A DNA stretch of 64,000 nt from Ilumatobacteraceae bacterium (GCA_017859395.1 JAFMNE010000002.1:18804-82803); one strand, 5' to 3'; positions 27,609 through 37,205 are shown, numbered from the stretch's first letter. Made by a program: numbers and translations. The notes: generated by a model from the sequence alone, not told the origin.

Positions 27609-27647
27609 TGTCAAGTATCCCCAGTCGCCAGCGGTACCATCGAAACG

Positions 27648-28877
27648 ATGGACACCGTTGGTGCGGCAACTGGTGCCGACGGCGTTGTCGACGAGAGCGA
27701 CCTGCGCCCGGCTCTTGAAGCAGCCATTAACCACGTGCGCACTATTCGCCGTCAACGCCCGGTCCCGCCGTATCCCACCCGATTGCGCACCCTCCTCGAT
27801 CGTCGTCATCTCAGCCGCGCCGACTTGAGGATGGTTCGTCGAGAACTGGACCGCGACGATGTATTTCGTCAATCGGTCGGCGCGGCCCTCGACACCGATG
27901 CGCACCCCATCGCACGGCTATGGCTCGTGCGCCCCGACGGGTGGGAGACCGAACTGGCAGCAGAGATCGCGTCACGTCACGTCGTGTCCGACGAGTCCGA
28001 AGGTGCTGCCGCAGAACGACGCCGCCGCGACGCAGCCGAACGTCGAGCCGACCGGGCCGAAGCCGATCTTGCCGCCCTTACCGGCGATGTTTCGGCCATC
28101 AGCGCCGAACGCGATGAACTCGTTCAACAGGTGGCTGATCTGAATGGCCAACTCGACGAACTGCGCTCCGAGGTGGCCTCGCTGCGCACTGCGATGCGCC
28201 ACAGTGAGGACCGACGGGCAGCGGCGCAACAGCGTGAGCAACGCGCAACCGAGGCCCTCGCTGCCGAACGCGACGCGCGTCACGGTGCCGAGCAGGTTCG
28301 CGACAGTGCACTCGTCGACCGTGCAGCAACCGATGTGGATCGCCGCGAATTAGACGATGCAGTCCGACGGGCACACGAGGCGACCACGGCGCTGCGAGCG
28401 CTGGTCGGCCCGGTCGACACCCCCACCGTCACGCGTGCCCCGCTGGCGATGCCGGGTCGGCTGACAGGCCGTGGTGCTGAACAAGCAGAACACCTCCTCC
28501 GTGCCGGAGCAACGGTGCTGGTCGACGCCTACAACGTGACGTTGACCCACCGCGGTGATCTCACCTTGGAACAGCAACGGGACTGGCTGGTGCAGCGCTG
28601 CGAGCAGCTGACATCGCGCTGGGCCACCGACCTCATTGTTGTGTTCGATGGTGATGCGGTGCCGGGGGCACACACGGCCGGGCGTCGACGGATTGCAGTG
28701 TTGTGGTCGCCCGCGGGTGTCGACGCCGATGATGTGATCCGTGATGAAGTGGCGCGGTTACCGGTGTCGCGAGCCGTAGTCGTCGTCACCGATGACCGCG
28801 CAGTGCGCGATGATGTGCGTGCCATGGGATGCAACCTGATCGACACGGCCTCGTTCGTCAGCGTGCTGGACGGCTGA
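27648..28877 (+). CDS. Coiled-coil protein with a C-terminal NYN/YacP-like (PIN-related) nuclease domain
   Basis: Central Ala/Arg/Glu/Asp-rich heptad-like region (about aa 150-260). C-terminus VLVDAYNV...LIVVFDGD...VVVVTDDRAVRDDVRAMGCNLI, typical of YacP/NYN domains. Confidence 0.7.
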   Translation: MDTVGAATGADGVVDESDLRPALEAAINHVRTIRRQRPVPPYPTRLRTLLDRRHLSRADLRMVRRELDRDDVFRQSVGAALDTDAHPIARLWLVRPDGWETELAAEIASRHVVSDESEGAAAERRRRDAAERRADRAEADLAALTGDVSAISAERDELVQQVADLNGQLDELRSEVASLRTAMRHSEDRRAAAQQREQRATEALAAERDARHGAEQVRDSALVDRAATDVDRRELDDAVRRAHEATTALRALVGPVDTPTVTRAPLAMPGRLTGRGAEQAEHLLRAGATVLVDAYNVTLTHRGDLTLEQQRDWLVQRCEQLTSRWATDLIVVFDGDAVPGAHTAGRRRIAVLWSPAGVDADDVIRDEVARLPVSRAVVVVTDDRAVRDDVRAMGCNLIDTASFVSVLDG

Positions 28878-28878
28878 C

Positions 28879-29916
28879 ATGGCGCGCCCCACACCCACGC
28901 CTCCCGACCGGGAGGAAATCCTTGAGATCGTCGCCCCGTTCGGTGTGGAGCGCATCGGTTTTGCTGCGGCAACACCGGACGAACACACTCGCGCAGCACT
29001 TGAAGATCGGATTGCACACGGCTACGCCGACACGATGGGATTCACCTTCGGAAACCCGAGTCGCTCAACCGATCCGGGGCGCACGGTGGACGGCGCCGTC
29101 ACCGTCATCGCCGCAGCGCGGTCGTACGCCGTGGCCGATGAGCCCGCACCGGCTCGACCAGCTGCGCGCGTCGCCCGATACGCGCGCACCGACCACTACA
29201 CGCCGTTGCGCCAAGGGTTGCAGGCGGTTGTGCGTCGTCTCCGCAGCGCCGGCGAACGCGCGGTGGTCATGGTGGACCACAACGGGCTCGTGGACCGGGC
29301 GATGGCTCACCGTGCCGGCCTGGGATGGTTTGGTCGGAACGCCAATTTGATGCTTCCGGGTGCCGGAAGCATGTTTGTGCTCGGCGCTGTGGTCACCACC
29401 GCGAGATACCCCCACGACACTCCGGTGGCCGACGGATGCGGCACCTGCCGACGTTGTATCGACGGGTGCCCTACCGGAGCCATCGTCGAGGCGGGGGTGG
29501 TGGATGCGCGGCGCTGTCTGGCATGGCTGGTGCAGCGGCCCGGTGACTTTCCCGAGGAGTTTCGTGTGGCTCTCGGCGATCGCATCTACGGCTGTGACGA
29601 CTGCCAAGAAGTGTGCCCACCGACAACACACCTGTCGATCCGTTCACCCAGCCCCGCACCCGACGGCGACATGTGGGTTGACCTCATCGACATGCTGAAC
29701 GCCGACGATGCCACACTGCTCGATCGATACGGACGTTGGTACATCGCCGATCGCGACCCACGGTGGTTGCGGCGCAACGCATTGATCTGTGTGGGCAACA
29801 CGGCGTCGCCCACCGATATCGAAGCCCGCGAGGTCGTGGAGCGATACCGTGATGGCGACGATGATCTGCTCGCTGAACACGCCCGTTGGGCGCTCGCCCA
29901 GATCGCATCACGCTGA
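28879..29916 (+). CDS. queG: tRNA epoxyqueuosine(34) reductase
   Basis: GLGWFGRNANL, CGTCRRCIDGCPTGAI and CDDCQEVCP motifs with a HEAT-like C-terminus. It starts 1 nt after the NYN gene's stop. Confidence 0.85.
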   Translation: MARPTPTPPDREEILEIVAPFGVERIGFAAATPDEHTRAALEDRIAHGYADTMGFTFGNPSRSTDPGRTVDGAVTVIAAARSYAVADEPAPARPAARVARYARTDHYTPLRQGLQAVVRRLRSAGERAVVMVDHNGLVDRAMAHRAGLGWFGRNANLMLPGAGSMFVLGAVVTTARYPHDTPVADGCGTCRRCIDGCPTGAIVEAGVVDARRCLAWLVQRPGDFPEEFRVALGDRIYGCDDCQEVCPPTTHLSIRSPSPAPDGDMWVDLIDMLNADDATLLDRYGRWYIADRDPRWLRRNALICVGNTASPTDIEAREVVERYRDGDDDLLAEHARWALAQIASR

Positions 29917-29937
29917 GCCCCACCACGTCACCGACCT

Positions 29938-31056
29938 ATGCGCCACCTTCTCGTCACCAACGACTTCCCACCAAAAGTCGGTGGCATTCAGTCGCTGCTA
30001 TGGGAGTGGTGGCGGCGCCTACCCGCCGACGATGTTGCCGTATTCACCAGCCCGCATCGTGATGCGGCAGCGTTTGATGCAGCTGCCCCGTTTGCTATCG
30101 ATCGCGCACGCGAACCAGTTCTGCTGCCGCACCCGGGGATGTCACGTCGGATACGTGAACGGGCGCGCCGTCATGAAGCCGATCTTGTGGTGCTCGACCC
30201 CGCTGTGCCGGTGGGGCTGGTCGGCCCGCGGCTCGGTATTGACTACGACGTGGTGCTGCACGGTGCCGAGGTGACCGTGCCCGGTCGACTTCCGGTGACC
30301 CGGCCCATGTTGGCATCGGTTCTGCGCGGTGCACGGCACATCATCGCGGCCGGCGGATACCCGGCTGCCGAAGCCGAACGGGCGGCACGCTGCGACCTGC
30401 CGATCACCATCATTCCGCCCGGTGTTGACGTGGAGCGGTTCGTACCGCACACCGCCGAGCAACGCGTGGCTACACGCCGCCGCTATGACGTTAACCCTGA
30501 TGCCGAAGTCGTGGTTGCCGTATCGCGACTGGTGCCCCGCAAAGGATTCGACACCGCCATTCGGGCTGTCGCCCGCCTCGCGCGGCGACGGCCGGATCTG
30601 GTGTTGGTCATCGCCGGTGCTGGTCGTGACGATGCCCGCCTGCGACGCCTCGCCACCGAAGTCGAGGCTCCGGTGCGGTTCCTCGGCCGAGTTCCCGACG
30701 CCGAGTTGCCAGGCGTGTACGCCATGGCAGATGTGGCCACCATGTTGTGCCGGACCCGATGGGGTGGCTTGGAACAAGAGGGGTTTGGCATCGTGTTCCT
30801 CGAGGCCGCCGCGGCGGGGGTGCCGCAGTTGGCGGGGCGCAGCGGGGGAGCGGCGGAGGCCGTCGACCACGACGTCACTGGGCTCATCGTGGATCGCCCC
30901 AGCGACGTGGGTGATGTCGTTGCGGCGTTGGAGAGTTTGTTGAACGACCGATCTCGGCTCGCTGCCATGGCTGACGCAAGTCGTCGTCGTGCCGTCGAGC
31001 AGTTCTCCTATGACGCGCTGTCGGCGCAGCTGGCGACGGTTCTCGGCTGCGGCTGA
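29938..31056 (+). CDS. GT4-family glycosyltransferase (PimB-like mannosyltransferase)
   Basis: MRHLLVTNDFPPKVGGIQS N-terminus and EQEGFGIVFLEAAAAGVPQLAGRSGG (E-x7-E region). Confidence 0.85.
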   Translation: MRHLLVTNDFPPKVGGIQSLLWEWWRRLPADDVAVFTSPHRDAAAFDAAAPFAIDRAREPVLLPHPGMSRRIRERARRHEADLVVLDPAVPVGLVGPRLGIDYDVVLHGAEVTVPGRLPVTRPMLASVLRGARHIIAAGGYPAAEAERAARCDLPITIIPPGVDVERFVPHTAEQRVATRRRYDVNPDAEVVVAVSRLVPRKGFDTAIRAVARLARRRPDLVLVIAGAGRDDARLRRLATEVEAPVRFLGRVPDAELPGVYAMADVATMLCRTRWGGLEQEGFGIVFLEAAAAGVPQLAGRSGGAAEAVDHDVTGLIVDRPSDVGDVVAALESLLNDRSRLAAMADASRRRAVEQFSYDALSAQLATVLGCG

Positions 31057-31096
31057 TCGCGCATCGACGAACCACGGCGACGAGTTGTCAGCCGTG

Positions 31097-31675
31097 ATGA
31101 GACTGGGCAATATGTCGCTGATGAGCGCCGACGACACCTCCGATGACGCGGCGGAGGCTGACGCCCGCTCGCACGGCGATGACCAACCCGTCGATTCTGC
31201 GGTGCCGCCGGCCATCCACGCTGATGCGATCGTGCGCATGAATATCGGCCTCAGTGCGGTCTTCGTGGTGACGGCGGCCTACGCCGCAGCGGTATTCGAC
31301 ACCACCGCTCAATGGGCGGGCGCCATTACCGCACTGGTGCTATTCGCGATTGGCGTAGTCGCCTTTCTGTGGGGTTTCTGGAACGCGGTGCAACGCAGTC
31401 GCACCGAGGAGATTTCGGTTGGGCAGTTGTTCTTCCTGGCCGGTCCGGCGATCCCGTCGCCGGTTCGCCGCGCCATGAACGCTGTGTTGGCCATTCAGGT
31501 CGTTACCGCGCTCGTCACCACATTGGCCCGCCCCAACGGCCCAGAGGGGCGTCCCGGCTCGTCGTTGGCAGTTGGTTTCTTGGTGCCCATGCTCGGGCTG
31601 GGACTCAACGGATTGTGGGCCGCGTATCACGCTCGGTTCGCTCCGCGACGACTCGCCGATGATGGCGGGAGTTGA
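31097..31675 (+). CDS. Membrane protein, function unknown
   Basis: Acidic N-terminal tail, then 4 hydrophobic segments. The start could be ATG 31097 or GTG 31094, just after the GT4 stop. Confidence 0.5.
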   Translation: MRLGNMSLMSADDTSDDAAEADARSHGDDQPVDSAVPPAIHADAIVRMNIGLSAVFVVTAAYAAAVFDTTAQWAGAITALVLFAIGVVAFLWGFWNAVQRSRTEEISVGQLFFLAGPAIPSPVRRAMNAVLAIQVVTALVTTLARPNGPEGRPGSSLAVGFLVPMLGLGLNGLWAAYHARFAPRRLADDGGS

Positions 31676-31704
31676 CCGTCACACCGCACTGGGATCGGAT
31701 CGGG

Positions 31705-31710
31705 CAGAAT
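31705..31710 (+). promoter_or_regulatory. Candidate -10 (CAGAAT) for the leaderless SRPBCC gene
   Basis: CAGAAT followed by 7 nt and then ATG 31718. Confidence 0.3.
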
Positions 31711-31717
31711 AAGACCT

Positions 31718-32149
31718 ATGACCGATAGCGCCTCGGAGACGATCACAATCGCCGCTCCCGCGGCGCGCGTGTGGGAGATCATCGCCGACATCGAGCGATA
31801 CCCACAATGGGTGGATGATGTCACCGAAGCTCGTGTGGTCGAACGCGACGCCGATGGCCGGCCAGTCGACGTGGAGTTCCGGGCATCGGCACTGGGCCGG
31901 TCCACGCACTACACCTTGCGCTACGACTACACCGATGCGCCGAATGCCCTGCGCTGGACGATGCTGAGCGGCGATATCCAACGCTCGATCGACGGGGCAT
32001 ACATCTTGAACGGCACCGGTGATGCCACCGAGGTGCGTTACGACCTCGCAATCGAATTGGTCGTGCCGTTGCCGGGGTTCGTGAAGCGTCGTGCCGAACG
32101 ACGGATCTTGAACGCCGTGCATCAACTGCGCGTCGTCGCTGAGTCCTGA
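31718..32149 (+). CDS. SRPBCC-family protein (polyketide cyclase/dehydrase-like)
   Basis: ITIAAPAARVWEIIADIERYPQWV is a typical START/SRPBCC N-terminal pattern, and the 143-aa size fits. Confidence 0.7.
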   Translation: MTDSASETITIAAPAARVWEIIADIERYPQWVDDVTEARVVERDADGRPVDVEFRASALGRSTHYTLRYDYTDAPNALRWTMLSGDIQRSIDGAYILNGTGDATEVRYDLAIELVVPLPGFVKRRAERRILNAVHQLRVVAES

Positions 32150-32220
32150 TCGCCGCTGGTCGTACGCGCGACCGTGTCGAACCTGGCCACAGGGTCGGGT
32201 CCGTTGGGGGACACAAACGG

Positions 32221-32226
32221 TAACGT
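32221..32226 (+). promoter_or_regulatory. Candidate -10 (TAACGT) for the leaderless aminotransferase gene
   Basis: TAACGT followed by 6 nt and then ATG 32233. No Shine-Dalgarno. Confidence 0.4.
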
Positions 32227-32232
32227 CGACGT

Positions 32233-33438
32233 ATGGAGTTCCGCCGGATCACCAACCTCCCGCCTTACGTCTTCACCATCATCAACGGGTTGAAGGTGGA
32301 GGCACGTCGCGGCGGAGCCGACGTGATCGACCTCGGATTCGGCAACCCAGACCTTCCATCGCCTGACATCGCGGTGGAGAAACTCGCTGAAGCAGCACGC
32401 AATCCGCGTAACCACCGCTACTCACTCAGCCGTGGCCTGCCGAAATTACGCGAGGAAGTCGCGGGTTACTACCAGCGCAACTGGGGCGTCACCTTGGACC
32501 CCGAAACCGAGATCACGAACACGATTGGATCCAAAGAGGGGTTCTCACACCTCATGTGGGTGCTGCTCGAACGCGGCGATGCCGCCATCGTGCCCACCCC
32601 GAGTTACCCGATTCATATGTACGGCCCGCTCTTTGCCGGTGCCGATCTCCGCCAGGTGCCGATGCGCGGGTTGTCCGCCCATGACGAACGCGACAACTTC
32701 GCCGATGAATTCCTCGACAACTTGCACCGTGCCTACGACATCGGCTGGCCGAAGCCGCGGGTGCTGGTGATGTCGTTCCCGCATAACCCAACCGGCGCGT
32801 GCGTCGATCTCGATTTCATGCAGCGCGTGGTCGATTTCTGTCGCGAACGCGACATGGTGGTGGTGCACGATTTCGCATACGCCGATGTGGGATTCAACGG
32901 TGTGCGTCCGCCAAGCATCTTGCAGGCTGAGGGCGCCAAAGAGGTTGCTGTTGAGCAGTATTCGATGACCAAGAGCTTTTCCATGGCGGGCTGGCGGTCT
33001 GCGTTCATGGTGGGCTGTCCCGAAGTTGTTCAAGCGTTGGTGAAACTGAAGAGTTACCTCGACTACGGCATGTTCCAGCCGGTGCAGATTGCTGCCACCG
33101 TCACCTTTCGTGAAGCAGCGGACTATCCGAAAGAAATCTGCTCGATCTACGAGAGCCGTTGCGACACTCTCATCGACGGTCTCGCCAAAATCGGATGGGA
33201 TGTGCCCAAGCCCGGCGGCACGATGTTCGTCTGGGCCCCTATTCCCGAACCATATGCCGAGATGGATTCCGTCGAGTTCTGTTCGATGCTGGTACGGGAG
33301 TGCGACGTGGCGTTGTCACCCGGTGTCGGGTTCGGCCCCGGCGGTGAGGGATATGTGCGATTTGCGCTGATCGAGAACGAACAGCGCATCACCCAGGCCA
33401 TGCGGAATCTTCGCCGCGGGCTGCCCAAACTCGGCTGA
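32233..33438 (+). CDS. Class I/II pyridoxal-phosphate aminotransferase (AlaT/AspC-like)
   Basis: LPPYVFTIINGLKVEARRGGADVIDLGFGNPD, SFPHNPTG and YSMTKSFSMAGWR (PLP lysine). Confidence 0.9.
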   Translation: MEFRRITNLPPYVFTIINGLKVEARRGGADVIDLGFGNPDLPSPDIAVEKLAEAARNPRNHRYSLSRGLPKLREEVAGYYQRNWGVTLDPETEITNTIGSKEGFSHLMWVLLERGDAAIVPTPSYPIHMYGPLFAGADLRQVPMRGLSAHDERDNFADEFLDNLHRAYDIGWPKPRVLVMSFPHNPTGACVDLDFMQRVVDFCRERDMVVVHDFAYADVGFNGVRPPSILQAEGAKEVAVEQYSMTKSFSMAGWRSAFMVGCPEVVQALVKLKSYLDYGMFQPVQIAATVTFREAADYPKEICSIYESRCDTLIDGLAKIGWDVPKPGGTMFVWAPIPEPYAEMDSVEFCSMLVRECDVALSPGVGFGPGGEGYVRFALIENEQRITQAMRNLRRGLPKLG

Positions 33439-33490
33439 GGGGGGCACCGATTCGTCACATTCCCGTGACCCGGCGCGCACATAGTGCCTC

Positions 33491-33496
33491 TAGCCT
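33491..33496 (+). promoter_or_regulatory. Candidate -10 (TAGCCT) for the leaderless ACT-domain gene
   Basis: CTAGCCTG followed by GTAGGC-type spacing. There are 6 nt between the hexamer and GTG 33503. Confidence 0.4.
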
Positions 33497-33502
33497 GTAG
33501 GC

Positions 33503-34156
33503 GTGCATATCGTCATCGTTCGCGCATGGCTGCCCGACCGGCCGGGAGCCCTTGGTCAGGTAGCGAGCCGCATTGGTGCGGTGCGCGGCGACGTGTGTGC
33601 CATCGAAATTCTCGAACAAGGCGCCGGCACCGTCATCGACGAACTCGTCGTGCGATTGCCGTCGCCCGATCTTGTAGATCTCATGGTGGCTGAGGTTGCC
33701 GCAGTCGATGGTGTGAGCGTCGAACATGTGCGCTCGGTGAAGGGAGAGTTCGCCGACCCCGACCTGGCCGCTCTTGCCGAAGTGGCATCACAGGCCGAAA
33801 CCGCACCAGATGATCGTCCCGATCATCTGGTCGCGGCCGTGTCGCGCCTCACAGGTGCCGACTGGGTGGTGTTGTGCTCACGGCATCGCGTCGTGGCGTC
33901 TATCGGTAACGCGCCAGCGAGTGATTGGGTGTGGGCTCTGCACGATGGCAGTACCCATTTGGGATCCGATACCGATGGTTCTGGTGACGACGTGAGCGTC
34001 GTGGTCGGAACTGACCTCGTGCTCATGGCCTCGCGACCCGGCCGGCCATTTCATTCGCGTGAGCGATCCCGTATTGAACTGATGGCCCGCATCGCAGGGG
34101 CGCTCATGCCGTCAGGCGCTACCGGCGACATCGTGAGTGCGGCATCGCTCGGCTGA
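33503..34156 (+). CDS. ACT-domain (amino-acid-binding) protein with an uncharacterised C-terminal domain
   Basis: The N-terminus IVIVRAWLPDRPGALGQVASRIGAVRGDV is a classic ACT beta-alpha start. The remainder is not recognised. Confidence 0.55.
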   Translation: MHIVIVRAWLPDRPGALGQVASRIGAVRGDVCAIEILEQGAGTVIDELVVRLPSPDLVDLMVAEVAAVDGVSVEHVRSVKGEFADPDLAALAEVASQAETAPDDRPDHLVAAVSRLTGADWVVLCSRHRVVASIGNAPASDWVWALHDGSTHLGSDTDGSGDDVSVVVGTDLVLMASRPGRPFHSRERSRIELMARIAGALMPSGATGDIVSAASLG

Positions 34157-34196
34157 CAGGCGTCTGAACAGATAGGGCGAATGACCGGCGCGACCC

Positions 34197-35681
34197 TTAT
34201 TGCTCCCAGTTCCGTGAGCGCTCCACCGCCCGAAGCCATTGCGCGTGGCCAACGTCGGCCTGAGTCCGATCAGGTGTGGGAGCGAACTCTTTGTCGAGTT
34301 TCCACGCCCTCGACAACGTGTCGAGATCGGGCCATACGCCTTCAGCTAGCCCAGCAAGTCGCGCAGCGCCGAGGGCCGTGGTCTCGGTGTCGGTTGGTCG
34401 ACGAACAGTGACCCCCAACTGGTCGGCTTGGAACTGCAGCAACAGATCCATCGCGGCGGCGCCACCATCGACACGCAGGTCGGCGAGGGAGACACCTGAT
34501 GCGGCGGTCATGGCGTCGACCACATCGCGGGTCTGGTACGCCATCGATTCGACAACCGCTCGGGCCAGATGCGCCGCCGTGCTGCCGCGGGTGATGCCCA
34601 CGATCGTGCCTCGCGCATGCGGATCCCACCATGGAGAACCCAAGCCGGTGAACGCTGGCACACATATGACGCCACCGCTGTCGGGTACCGACGCCGCGAG
34701 CTGGCCGGTCTGTGCCGCATCGTCGATGATGCCAAGCCCATCGCGCATCCACTGCACCGCTGCGCCAGTCACAAAGATCGCCCCTTCCAAGGCGTAGGTG
34801 ACGGAGCCGTCGTCAAGTTGCCAGCCCACGGTGGTGAGCATTCCTTCGGTGGGGTCGGGGCATGTGCTTCCCACATTCATCAAGACGAAACTGCCGGTGC
34901 CGTACGTGTTCTTTGCTGCGCCGGGGGCGAAGCAGCACTGACCGAACAGCGCGGCCTGTTGATCACCGGCCACGCCGCTGATCGGGATGCCATCGGGAAC
35001 GTCAGCGACGCCGGTGGTGACACCAAATCGTCCACTCGATGGGCGCACCTCGGGAAGAGCGTCCATCGGTACGTTGAGCAGTTCGCACAATTCGGGATCC
35101 CACTGCAACGTGGTGATGTCGAAGAGCATGGTGCGGCTCGCATTGGAGACATCGGTGAGGTGCGCGCCCCCGGCCAAGCGCCATAGCAGCCACGAGTCGA
35201 TCGTGCCCAGTGCCAAGCGGCCGTCACGGGGCAGGTCACGGTGCTCGATCAGCCATTCGTACTTGGTGCCGCTGAAATACGGGTCGAGAACCAGACCGGT
35301 CCGACGCCGCACCAGATCAAGATGGCCTCGGGCCGCAAGGTCCTCGCAGCGTGATGCCGTGCGTCGGTCCTGCCACACGATGGCGGTGCCGAATGGCTCG
35401 CCTGTGGTGCGGTCCCAGGCCACCACGGTTTCGCGTTGATTCGTGATGCCGATCGCTGCCACGTTGGCGGCACCGACCCGGTTGATCACGGTGGACAACG
35501 TGGCGATCACTGCATCGGCGATCTCCTTTGCGTCGTGTTCCACGAGGCCCGGTGCCGGGAAGTGCTGAGTGAACTCACGGTACTCGGCGATCGCTGGACG
35601 CCCGTCGAGATGCACGGCCCGTGAGCGCACGCCGGTGGTGCCAGCGTCGATCGCGATCACGCAGGTGTTGTCGTTAGCCAT
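34197..35681 (-). CDS. glpK: Glycerol kinase
   Basis: VIAIDAGTTGVRS, GITNQRETVVAWD, KNTYGTGSF and VDGGAAAMDLLLQFQADQLG motifs. Confidence 0.9.
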   Translation of the reverse strand: MANDNTCVIAIDAGTTGVRSRAVHLDGRPAIAEYREFTQHFPAPGLVEHDAKEIADAVIATLSTVINRVGAANVAAIGITNQRETVVAWDRTTGEPFGTAIVWQDRRTASRCEDLAARGHLDLVRRRTGLVLDPYFSGTKYEWLIEHRDLPRDGRLALGTIDSWLLWRLAGGAHLTDVSNASRTMLFDITTLQWDPELCELLNVPMDALPEVRPSSGRFGVTTGVADVPDGIPISGVAGDQQAALFGQCCFAPGAAKNTYGTGSFVLMNVGSTCPDPTEGMLTTVGWQLDDGSVTYALEGAIFVTGAAVQWMRDGLGIIDDAAQTGQLAASVPDSGGVICVPAFTGLGSPWWDPHARGTIVGITRGSTAAHLARAVVESMAYQTRDVVDAMTAASGVSLADLRVDGGAAAMDLLLQFQADQLGVTVRRPTDTETTALGAARLAGLAEGVWPDLDTLSRAWKLDKEFAPTPDRTQADVGHAQWLRAVERSRNWEQ

Positions 35682-35687
35682 GACCTG

Positions 35688-35693
35688 ATCGTA
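35688..35693 (-). promoter_or_regulatory. Candidate -10 (TACGAT, minus strand) for leaderless glpK
   Basis: The minus strand reads TACGAT-CAGGTC-ATG, a 6-nt spacer to the start at 35681. Confidence 0.4.
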
Positions 35694-35791
35694 GGGCACA
35701 TGCGCTGCACCGATGCGGGCCACTCGCTGCCCAATGCGACCGTGGACAACAGATGGTCGAGGTGCAGCCGGAGTGACTATGCGCGTTGGTG

Positions 35792-36109
35792 TTAGCGGCG
35801 GCGTTTACGTGTTGTGTTGCGCGCCCCGGTGCGTGACGTTGGCGCCGGTCGGGAGCGCGGCGTTGCACGCTCGGTCGACGGTGCGGGCGCGGGGGCGGCA
35901 GCTCGGCGAAGGCGCTGGCGGGTATAGCCAAATTTGGCCATCACCGCGCCGATGATGAGATACAACGGGCCGCTCACCAACAATCCGGCAATGGCGCCAA
36001 AGGGTTCATCCACAGCGAACCACAGCACCACGAGCATGATCGCCACATAGAACAGCCACTCGCGAATGAGTCGCTGCCAGGGGACGGGTCGAGAGGAGTC
36101 CCATGCCAT
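35792..36109 (-). CDS. Small membrane protein with an Arg/Pro-rich C-terminal tail
   Basis: Two hydrophobic helices (FYVAIMLVVLWF, AIAGLLVSGPLYLIIGAVMA), then RQRLRRAAAPAPAP...TTRKRRR. Confidence 0.45.
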   Translation of the reverse strand: MAWDSSRPVPWQRLIREWLFYVAIMLVVLWFAVDEPFGAIAGLLVSGPLYLIIGAVMAKFGYTRQRLRRAAAPAPAPSTERATPRSRPAPTSRTGARNTTRKRRR

Positions 36110-36134
36110 GCGCCCGTTCTACCACCGGTGTGCC

Positions 36135-36140
36135 TAGGCT
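36135..36140 (+). promoter_or_regulatory. Candidate -10 (TAGGCT) for leaderless pfk
   Basis: TAGGCT followed by 7 nt and then GTG 36148. Confidence 0.4.
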
Positions 36141-36147
36141 CATCACA

Positions 36148-37182
36148 GTGCGAGTAGGCGTTCTCACCGGCGGTGGCGACTGTCCCGGTCTGAATGCGGT
36201 CATTCGCGCCCTCGTCCGCAAAGCAGAGCGAGTGTACGGCGATGAGATCGTCGGGTTTCTCGATGCCTGGGACGGCGTCCTCAACCGACGGACAGTGGCA
36301 CTCAACGTTGAATCGATGCGCGGCACGTTGCCACGGGGCGGCACGGTGCTCGGCACACGCCGAGGTTCCCCGTTCGATCATGGTGACGGCGTGGAACAGG
36401 TGCGGTCCACTCTGGCTGATATGGGACTCGACGGGTTGGTTGTCATCGGCGGCAACGGTTCGTTGAGCGTGGCCCATCTCTTGTATTCAGAACACGACAT
36501 TCCGGTGCTTGGAGTGCCCAAGACGATCGATAACGACATCGTTGGCACCGATCTCACGTTCGGTTTCAACACCGCGGTGCAGATCGCCACCGATGCGATC
36601 GACCGTTTACACACCACAGCAGAAAGTCATGACCGGGTGCTTGTCGTCGAAGTGATGGGACGGCATTCGGGGTGGATCGCAACCCATGCCGGCATTGCCG
36701 GTGGTGCGACGGTGGTGCTCATTCCGGAGCGTCCCTTCGATATCGACGCGGTCTGCCAACGACTGGTGCGGCGACATTCGCGTGGTCGGTATGCATCGAT
36801 CGTGGTGGTGGCAGAGGGAGCCGTTCCAGCCGAGGGCACCCTCGACATCGACGATCCCGAGATCGATCGCTACGGCCATGCACGCCTTGGTGGGGTGGGG
36901 CATCTCGTGGCGGCTGAAATTGGCCGCCGCACCGGCTTTGAAACCCGCCCGGTTCTGCTCGGCCATGTGCAGCGCGGCGGCACCCCAACGGCGTTCGACC
37001 GGGTGCTGTCGACCCGCTTTGGTGTGTCCGCGATCGATGCCGTCCACGACGGTGCATGGGGGCAGATGGTGGCGTTGAGCGGAGCCGACATCGTGACGGT
37101 GCCGCTGGCGACCGCCGCGGGTCAATCACGACCTGTCGATATGGACCTGTTCCAGGGAGTCGCCGAAATCTTCTTCGCGTGA
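36148..37182 (+). CDS. pfkA: 6-phosphofructokinase (ATP- or PPi-dependent)
   Basis: RVGVLTGGGDCPGLNAVIR, GVPKTIDNDI and VEVMGRHSGW motifs. Confidence 0.9.
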   Translation: MRVGVLTGGGDCPGLNAVIRALVRKAERVYGDEIVGFLDAWDGVLNRRTVALNVESMRGTLPRGGTVLGTRRGSPFDHGDGVEQVRSTLADMGLDGLVVIGGNGSLSVAHLLYSEHDIPVLGVPKTIDNDIVGTDLTFGFNTAVQIATDAIDRLHTTAESHDRVLVVEVMGRHSGWIATHAGIAGGATVVLIPERPFDIDAVCQRLVRRHSRGRYASIVVVAEGAVPAEGTLDIDDPEIDRYGHARLGGVGHLVAAEIGRRTGFETRPVLLGHVQRGGTPTAFDRVLSTRFGVSAIDAVHDGAWGQMVALSGADIVTVPLATAAGQSRPVDMDLFQGVAEIFFA

Positions 37183-37205
37183 ATTGCCGACTCGAACAAC
37201 TGCGC

